A stretch of DNA of 64,000 nt from Candidatus Latescibacterota bacterium (GTDB taxonomy: Bacteria; Latescibacterota; UBA2968), in contig JAYODI010000004.1 in NCBI GenBank assembly GCA_038279365.1, forward strand, positions 21,256-85,255, in the 5' to 3' direction. Positions 58,447 to 64,000 of this stretch are shown piece after piece. The notes under the pieces were generated by a model. It was not told the DNA's origin. It did no database searches and worked only from the letters and a program-made list of their open reading frames with translations. How positions within the stretch are numbered: the first letter of the stretch is position 1; the number at the start of each line of letters is the position of its first letter. The position numbers and the translations under genes are program-made.

Positions 58447-59913
58447 TTATAATTTGTAAACCACAGCGTATTCATCTTCGTAAACTGGGGGGGGCAACAG
58501 AGGGTCTTGTTTGAGGTTGTCTAAAAAGTCACCATCTTTTTTTAAACCAAAGATAAACTGTGCTTGGAAGCGGTCTTTTATTTTGTTTACTGGGTTTGAT
58601 GCATTGCCTTTGGTGATGCGCAACCACACATCGTATAATTGGGCATCGTAATAATAAAGGTAATGGGGGTCGAGGCCCACAATGTAGCGGTTGTGTGTGT
58701 TAAAATGATACAGCAACGGAAAATCATCCCAATTACCTGTAAAGACGATGGTGCCTTTTTCTGATGCCTCTTGTAAGAATTTGGCCGCACCAGAATAAGA
58801 TATGGGTAAACGATCAGAGGCTCGGTATTCGGCCACGTGGTTCAGCGTATCTGCGCCACAAAGCCCAATGAAAAGTGCTATAAAGAGTAGAATGAACTTG
58901 CCGCGAAAAGTTGCCCAAATGTGGGCGATGTTGCAGGTCTTCAAGTAGGGGTTAAGTGCAAAGGCAGAAAAAAGAACGGCAAATACGGGCCAATATTCGA
59001 CAAACCGGCGTACGTTCATATACATACACAACAAAAGTGTAGAAAAAGTAAAGAGAATAAGGGCAGGGAAGGACAGTTTTTCGGGTCTTAAAAAGTAGAA
59101 GGTCGCAGTGGCCAACATAAGAGCCCAAGGCAGAAAGGCATTTCGAACCACAGTTGAGGAGGCATAAGGATAATCTTCGTTGCCTGCCGTGACCACATCG
59201 GCAAATTCAATTTGTGTATAAGATTTATATAGAAACGTGATGTTGTCTGGAAAGTAAGGGTGAATGATTAAACCGAGCGCAATACCCAGCCCACAGTAAA
59301 GTAAAATATGTGGGCGTTTTTTTTGTGTCAAAAATGAGGCAAAAAACACAGAGCTGGCCAATCCTGCTATGAGTGGAAAACCACCATATAACCAAACAAA
59401 AATAAATGAAAGAGGGAGAAACCAACGGTCTTTGTCTGATAATGCAAGAGCTGTGGCGATGAGCAGGATGCAAAGGGATAAGCTTGGGGCTCGTGCCATA
59501 CCGATTCGAAACAAAAACGGGGCGGAGGACGCCAGTAACGCAAGTGTCCATATGGGTGCAAAACGGATGTGATGGTGTTTGAGTATGAAAAAAAAGATGA
59601 GGATTACAAGTGTGCCAAATACCACACCATAAATTTTTGCTCCCGTAATCAAATTTCCAAAGGTGAATGGAATTTGAATGATGTGAAATAGGAAGTGATC
59701 GTCGGCAAAGTTTTGGCTGTAGATGGTGTAGACCAGGTGGGGAAAAGTGTCGGGTATGCCTTCTTGCCATATTTTTTGGCTGTAGCGCATATGAAAATAG
59801 CTGTCTACTCCCATTAGTCCAGGAACGCAGGTAACAAGCCAAGTAAAGAGGGTAACGGACAGGAGTGTGATGCCCGCATATTCTAAATAAGCTGTGCGTG
59901 GGTTAGTGGGCAA
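58447..59913 (-). CDS. Multi-pass membrane protein, GT-C-like
   Basis: First-loop 'GVDSYFH', ~11-13 TM, 'RRFVEY', soluble C-domain 'WDDFP...YIVGLDP'; overlaps the kinase stop. Confidence 0.65.
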   Translation of the reverse strand: MPTNPRTAYLEYAGITLLSVTLFTWLVTCVPGLMGVDSYFHMRYSQKIWQEGIPDTFPHLVYTIYSQNFADDHFLFHIIQIPFTFGNLITGAKIYGVVFGTLVILIFFFILKHHHIRFAPIWTLALLASSAPFLFRIGMARAPSLSLCILLIATALALSDKDRWFLPLSFIFVWLYGGFPLIAGLASSVFFASFLTQKKRPHILLYCGLGIALGLIIHPYFPDNITFLYKSYTQIEFADVVTAGNEDYPYASSTVVRNAFLPWALMLATATFYFLRPEKLSFPALILFTFSTLLLCMYMNVRRFVEYWPVFAVLFSAFALNPYLKTCNIAHIWATFRGKFILLFIALFIGLCGADTLNHVAEYRASDRLPISYSGAAKFLQEASEKGTIVFTGNWDDFPLLYHFNTHNRYIVGLDPHYLYYYDAQLYDVWLRITKGNASNPVNKIKDRFQAQFIFGLKKDGDFLDNLKQDPLLPPPVYEDEYAVVYKL

Positions 59914-60730
59914 GATTTTGAACCTCTGTTATGGCATCGCTCAAATTGTTCATGGTGAGCTCATATGAAGGAACGGTTTCAACAATGTGCCCCAATGTAT
60001 CTAATATTTTGGGCGACTGCGTGCGTTTGTAGGTCAGTTGTAATAAGCGGGTCAAACTCTCTGTGGGAGTCAGTGAAATCAGCTTTTGGGGAGAGGATAA
60101 ATGGAAGTTTGGAAATACAATGATATGAATGGGGCAGGGGTGGTCTTGAGGGATGGTTGTGAATGCTTGTGGCGAAACACAAATGCTGTTGTTGATGGAA
60201 CGTGCAAGGTGTGGTTGTTGCAAAATATGGTTTGTATCTAAAGTTCTAAATATTTGCCCATCATTTTTGATGCACAAGACTCTTGGAAAGGCGTAAGACT
60301 GGGTTGTGTTTGGGCGAATAAATACCATTTCGTCAGACAAAAACCCCCAACCTTGTAAAGCACATCCCAATGTTAAGGTCGACTTGCCTTTGCCTGATTG
60401 ACCAGGAAACAAGATGGTTTTGCCATTGTAAACCACCCCGCCAGAGTGAACACCCAAAAAATTCATGCGATCAAACGCTGAACGAACCAATTGCCATTCA
60501 AATTGTGATATAAATTCATCCAGGGTGGCATAGGTTGTTGGTTGGTCCAGGTTTGGACAAACGCATATTGTTTGATCTGGATTTTGTTGAATGGTAAATG
60601 TGATGGGAGAGGATTGGACGGATGTTTGAAAGCCTGCGAAGATATGCTGGAGATGTTGGGCTATGTGCGCGGCGTTTGTGGAGACCTGAAAGTGTGACTC
60701 AGCAATGGTGAACTGCTGGGTAAAAGTCAT
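59903..60730 (-). CDS. HprK-related (lasso/PqqD-associated type) kinase
   Basis: 'GVHSGGV', Walker A 'GQSGKGKSTL', 'FLSDE', 'AFPR'. Start moved to ATG 60730 (ATGA overlap with the PqqD stop). Confidence 0.85.
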   Translation of the reverse strand: MTFTQQFTIAESHFQVSTNAAHIAQHLQHIFAGFQTSVQSSPITFTIQQNPDQTICVCPNLDQPTTYATLDEFISQFEWQLVRSAFDRMNFLGVHSGGVVYNGKTILFPGQSGKGKSTLTLGCALQGWGFLSDEMVFIRPNTTQSYAFPRVLCIKNDGQIFRTLDTNHILQQPHLARSINNSICVSPQAFTTIPQDHPCPIHIIVFPNFHLSSPQKLISLTPTESLTRLLQLTYKRTQSPKILDTLGHIVETVPSYELTMNNLSDAITEVQNLAH

Positions 60731-61020
60731 TGTGGTGATTTGTTTTGAATGAGGCCGAGGGTAAGGAATTGTTCTAATGTTTGGATGACATCCCGTTGTG
60801 CAACTTCGGGTGAAACTTGGTAAGTACTTAGAAGTTTTGCAATGATCGTTTCGATAGGGGATTGGATGTGCTCCCATACCAACTGTGCGGTAGCATTGAG
60901 TGTGTGGAGGGCATCTTTGTTGGGATCGTATAGCACAAATGCATCACCCACTTCACGAAAAATGATATCCGAATTGGGGACAAACGCAGAAGGGATTGTT
61001 CTGTGGGACATATTCTGCAT
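60727..61020 (-). CDS. Stand-alone PqqD-family RiPP recognition element (RRE)
   Basis: 'REVGDAFVLYD...HTLNATAQLVWE...Y.V...AQRDV...LEQF...GLI', the PqqD winged-helix pattern; ~97 aa. Confidence 0.9.
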   Translation of the reverse strand: MQNMSHRTIPSAFVPNSDIIFREVGDAFVLYDPNKDALHTLNATAQLVWEHIQSPIETIIAKLLSTYQVSPEVAQRDVIQTLEQFLTLGLIQNKSPQ

Positions 61021-61022
61021 GA

Positions 61023-61847
61023 CTACCAATCGTTAAAGTCTTGATCGTATCGAACATTGTCATTGCCTTGAGATTTCACCTCAAAAGCATTGTATTTGGT
61101 ATCTTCTTGGCGGTCAGGATTAATAACGGTCACATTGTGGTTGCCTTCTTGTGCATATAGGCTGATATCAATTCTTGCGCCAATGTGCGTGTCGTCAAAA
61201 AAACGTGTGGATATGACAGTAATGCCACTCCCAAAACTGATTTGGAAGCCTTCTTGGAAATTTTCACCCTTGATATTGATATTGTGTGTTGCATTCGGTT
61301 GCCCCTTGTCGGGGCTGAGCGAGTCTATTTCGGGAGCCTTGCGTGCTTCAACTTCAAAAGCGTTTTTATCGGTGTCACTTTGTCCATTTGGGTTGGTCAC
61401 CGTGACATCGCGTTTGCCTTCATAGGCATAAGACTCTATTTGAATTTCGACAGTCAACAATTCTGAGTTTTCAAAGTTGACACTCAAAACTGTAATGCCC
61501 GAATCAAAATCAACGCGGGCGCTTCTTTCAAAATCTTCACCCCAAACATAGACCGACATTGTGGAGCCTATAAATCCCGTATCGGGTGAAACGCGATCTA
61601 CCTTGGGTTTTTTGGGTGGTGGTGGTGGGATGTTGCCTATGACGCTGGGAGGAGCCGAATTGCTGCTGCCACCACTGCTGCTGTCATCGTCATCGTCGTC
61701 GTCACTGGCTTCGGCTGAAGACAAAAAGATCGATTCAATGGTTGGGGTGGCATAAGGCAATAACAACGCACCTTTGAGACCCTGTTTTAAGAATGATCGG
61801 CGGGTGTCGTCTGGGGTAGGTTCGCGAGGTTCAGATGAATCGGACAT
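61023..61847 (-). CDS. Putative RRE substrate: Tat/YxxP leader, Ser/Asp-rich segment and two IPT/TIG domains
   Basis: TRRSFLK, YATPTI, AEA, S-D7-SSSGGSSNS, poly-Pro, then two homologous ~88-aa modules (P.V..VSP..G...G..F...GITV...G..VTV.NP...NAFEV). Confidence 0.8.
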   Translation of the reverse strand: MSDSSEPREPTPDDTRRSFLKQGLKGALLLPYATPTIESIFLSSAEASDDDDDDDSSSGGSSNSAPPSVIGNIPPPPPKKPKVDRVSPDTGFIGSTMSVYVWGEDFERSARVDFDSGITVLSVNFENSELLTVEIQIESYAYEGKRDVTVTNPNGQSDTDKNAFEVEARKAPEIDSLSPDKGQPNATHNINIKGENFQEGFQISFGSGITVISTRFFDDTHIGARIDISLYAQEGNHNVTVINPDRQEDTKYNAFEVKSQGNDNVRYDQDFNDW

Positions 61848-61892
61848 GGCACAGCCTTGATGGTTTTTGTAAATATATGTCTAATAATAAGA

Positions 61893-61921
61893 AATATAGC
61901 ATTTTGGGCTGACGGCGTCAA
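61893..61921 (-). promoter_or_regulatory. Sigma70-type promoter (extended -10) of the RRE cassette
   Basis: Minus strand TTGACG-N17-TATATT with TGn before the -10, in the 82-bp gap upstream of ATG 61847. Confidence 0.7.
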
Positions 61922-61929
61922 CTCATGTG

Positions 61930-63360
61930 CTACCTGCCTAAGTCTTCTTGGCTGACGGTGTCGGTGATATGTAAAATGGGATGTTCGCGCAAACGGATCT
62001 CTCGTTTGTCTTGAACGGGGCGCCCTTCAATATCGAAGAGAATCAGAATGGCAGGGCGCAGTGGGGAATCTATGTCTGTGTCGATTACGCGACCAATGAT
62101 GCCAGAGTTGAGTTTGACCATGCTGCCTACAGGGAAGGCCGAGAGTGTTTTGAGCAAGATGCGCACGACACGCGGGTCAAATTCTTGTTTGCGTGTTTGT
62201 AAGATTTCTTTTACCGCTTCAAAAGGCAACATGCCCCGTCTGTCTGGGCGAGAGCGGGTGAGACCGGCATAAATATCGGCCACGCCGATGATTTTGGCAT
62301 ATTCGTGTATTTGGTTGCCAGTGAGTCCTTGTGGGTAACCGCCACCATTTTCGCGCTCATGCTCTTGGTAGGCCACTTCTGCCAACCACTGATAGTCTGC
62401 CCCCAATTTGTGAAGGATTGCTCTGCCTTTGGCTGGGTGTTGGTGGAGCATGTCAATGTCATGCTGTGTAAATTGCCCCTTGCTAAACAAATCAGGTGGA
62501 AGGGTAACCATGCCCACGTCATGCATGAGGGCAGAAACACCTAAATCTATTAATTGATTGCGGTTATAAGACAGTCCTTGGCCAATTTTGATGGCGTAAA
62601 TAGATACATTCACAGAATGGAGTACCACAGAAGATGCGAAGCTGTGTTCATCGCCAGATTCGCGCGTATAGATGGCTCTGCGATACAAAATATCTGGGGC
62701 TTTGGGGATATCAACCACCCGTGAAATGAGCACAAAAGCGGGTTCAACCGAAAAGTCTCGACCTTCCTGAGCAGCTTGCATGACCCCTTCCACATATTGA
62801 TAGAGGTCTTCATACATTTTTTCAATTTCTTCTTCAGAAAGTGTGTCGGGCTGTTCGGTTGTGTCTTCTGGCGGCGTTTGGTTTGTTGGTGTATGGGTTT
62901 GTTGTACGGGTTGCTGTGGTTGCTCCTGCACGGGCGCAGGCATGGGTTGTTGTGTGGTTTGGGGCGGGTGTTGGGCCTGGGATTCTGTTGGTTGTTGCTG
63001 TAGGTGTTGTAGTTGTTGGATGCGCCTTTGAATTTCCTCCTGTGACAGCGGTTGTTGTTGGGGAGGCGCATATTGTTGTGGTTGTTGTTTTTCTTGGAGG
63101 GGTTGAACGGGTCGACCAGACACAAAGTCTGAGATGCGGTTGATCTGGTCAATGACTTCCGCTATCGTACCAATTTCATTATACAGCCCTGAAAACATGG
63201 GGAAATTATTAATTTGTCTTTGAGGCGGTTGGGCCATGTTGGGTACACCAGAAAACAAACCCTCTTGGGGTTTGTTTTCTGCAGATGAAGCTGTATCTGG
63301 GGCAGGGTTTGGGGGCAGAGCACCTGCCCCAGCACGCACCATGTCGGAGTTTCGTGGCAT
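61930..63360 (-). CDS. HD-GYP domain protein with Q/P-rich disordered N-terminus
   Basis: 'LHSVNV', 'MHDVG', 'QHP', 'HERENGGGYPQGL', 'VADIY', 'FPVGSMVKLNSG'. Confidence 0.85.
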   Translation of the reverse strand: MPRNSDMVRAGAGALPPNPAPDTASSAENKPQEGLFSGVPNMAQPPQRQINNFPMFSGLYNEIGTIAEVIDQINRISDFVSGRPVQPLQEKQQPQQYAPPQQQPLSQEEIQRRIQQLQHLQQQPTESQAQHPPQTTQQPMPAPVQEQPQQPVQQTHTPTNQTPPEDTTEQPDTLSEEEIEKMYEDLYQYVEGVMQAAQEGRDFSVEPAFVLISRVVDIPKAPDILYRRAIYTRESGDEHSFASSVVLHSVNVSIYAIKIGQGLSYNRNQLIDLGVSALMHDVGMVTLPPDLFSKGQFTQHDIDMLHQHPAKGRAILHKLGADYQWLAEVAYQEHERENGGGYPQGLTGNQIHEYAKIIGVADIYAGLTRSRPDRRGMLPFEAVKEILQTRKQEFDPRVVRILLKTLSAFPVGSMVKLNSGIIGRVIDTDIDSPLRPAILILFDIEGRPVQDKREIRLREHPILHITDTVSQEDLGR

Positions 63361-63367
63361 AAGTCTC

Positions 63368-64000
63368 TTAAAGTTGCTTAATGGCCAGTGCGGCTTTCAT
63401 CATTTGTTCAGTATCTATTTGATCTGCTTTGGCACCGAATCCAAGCAACATACAAATGTCGCATATGTTGTTAATTTCTCTGGGAATACCACCAGATTCT
63501 TTGTAGAGAATATCCAAGGCTTCCGTTTTAAAAAGCTGTCTTTTGACCCCTGCTTTTTCTAAGCGTGTGGCAACGTAGGCATGGGTTTCTTCTTTTTTGA
63601 GGGGGCCCAAATGAAATTTGATAGCGATGCGTTGGGCAAGTTGTTCTATTTGGGCAATTCTATCTTTTAATTCCGGCTGTCCCATGAGCAACAGGGTGAG
63701 TAAAAAACGATCATTGAGTTGAAAGTTGAGCAACAAACGCAGTTCTTCAAATGTGCCCTGATCTTCAATGGCTTGGGCTTCGTCAATAATAATGACCGTG
63801 TCTTTGCCCGCATTCATGTTTTTTGCGGCTTGGTCATTTAAGATGTGCAACAGATCCAATTTAGAATCAGTCTTTGGGTCTACGCCTAATTGGTAGAGTA
63901 TTTCGCGCAAAAAGTCAACTGGGGAGAGGCTCGGATTGGTAACCAAACCAATTTCATATCGCTCGGGTGGGAGGTCTTGAATGAGCGTTCGACTGAGCAC
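63368..64000 (-). CDS. ExeA/GspA-like AAA ATPase (5' end beyond the window)
   Basis: 'IIIDEAQ', 'EELRLLLN', 'LMGQPEL', 'QRI', 'SGGIPREIN'. Confidence 0.85.
   Translation of the reverse strand: MLSRTLIQDLPPERYEIGLVTNPSLSPVDFLREILYQLGVDPKTDSKLDLLHILNDQAAKNMNAGKDTVIIIDEAQAIEDQGTFEELRLLLNFQLNDRFLLTLLLMGQPELKDRIAQIEQLAQRIAIKFHLGPLKKEETHAYVATRLEKAGVKRQLFKTEALDILYKESGGIPREINNICDICMLLGFGAKADQIDTEQMMKAALAIKQL

Noticed and set aside
59903-60730. Canonical HPr kinase/phosphorylase (hprK)
   Set aside because: Lacks the N-terminal DRTGG-like domain and PTS context; coupled to an RRE.
60727-61020. PQQ biosynthesis (pqqD)
   Set aside because: No pqqA/B/C/E neighbours; the context is kinase plus nucleotidyltransferase.
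55707-61847. Canonical lasso peptide cluster
   Set aside because: No asparagine-synthetase-like cyclase, no transglutaminase-like peptidase and no short precursor in the window; the YxxP protein is 274 aa with Ig domains.
863-63562. Many 60-200 aa ORFs nested in or antisense to long genes
   Set aside because: Alternative-frame shadows of well-supported CDSs with no independent motifs.
1-64000. rRNA, tRNA, integrase or IS elements
   Set aside because: None recognised by eye in the short intergenic gaps; tRNAscan-SE and Infernal were not run.

Overview
Gene-dense bacterial window (moderate GC). A secreted protein with an 'NYPNPFNP' FlgD-Ig/T9SS-type tail suggests an FCB-group diderm such as Ca. 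Latescibacterota; this is inference. Left to right: (1) a sigma54-preceded operon of Omp85-like barrel, DUF4390, NtrY-like kinase, NtrX-like regulator and a partial outer-membrane protein; (2) uridine kinase, a carbohydrate ABC transporter with no binding protein, an FG-GAP-type propeller and a 2-hydroxyacid dehydrogenase; (3) a 26-gene minus-strand Wzx-dependent surface polysaccharide cluster (13.3-42.0 kb) rich in tailoring enzymes; (4) a divergent regulatory region with two sigma54 promoters, a CRP-like site and a candidate structured RNA; (5) a ~1,900-aa repetitive secreted protein; (6) wza, a wzc fused to a third TM helix plus a SPOR domain, and a Wzy/O-antigen-ligase gene; (7) the most unusual element, a RiPP-like cassette with no lasso cyclase or peptidase: a substrate protein with a Tat motif, a YxxP leader motif, a Ser/Asp-rich segment and two IPT/TIG domains, followed by a stand-alone PqqD/RRE, an HprK-related kinase, a GT-C-like membrane protein, an NTP_transf_5 nucleotidyltransferase and a lipoprotein, directly upstream of the export genes. 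I hypothesise RRE-guided phosphorylation and glycosylation of an exported surface protein. HD-GYP and ExeA-like ATPase genes close the window. No rRNA, tRNA, CRISPR or transposase was recognised. Family calls come from motif recognition by eye; no database search was run.
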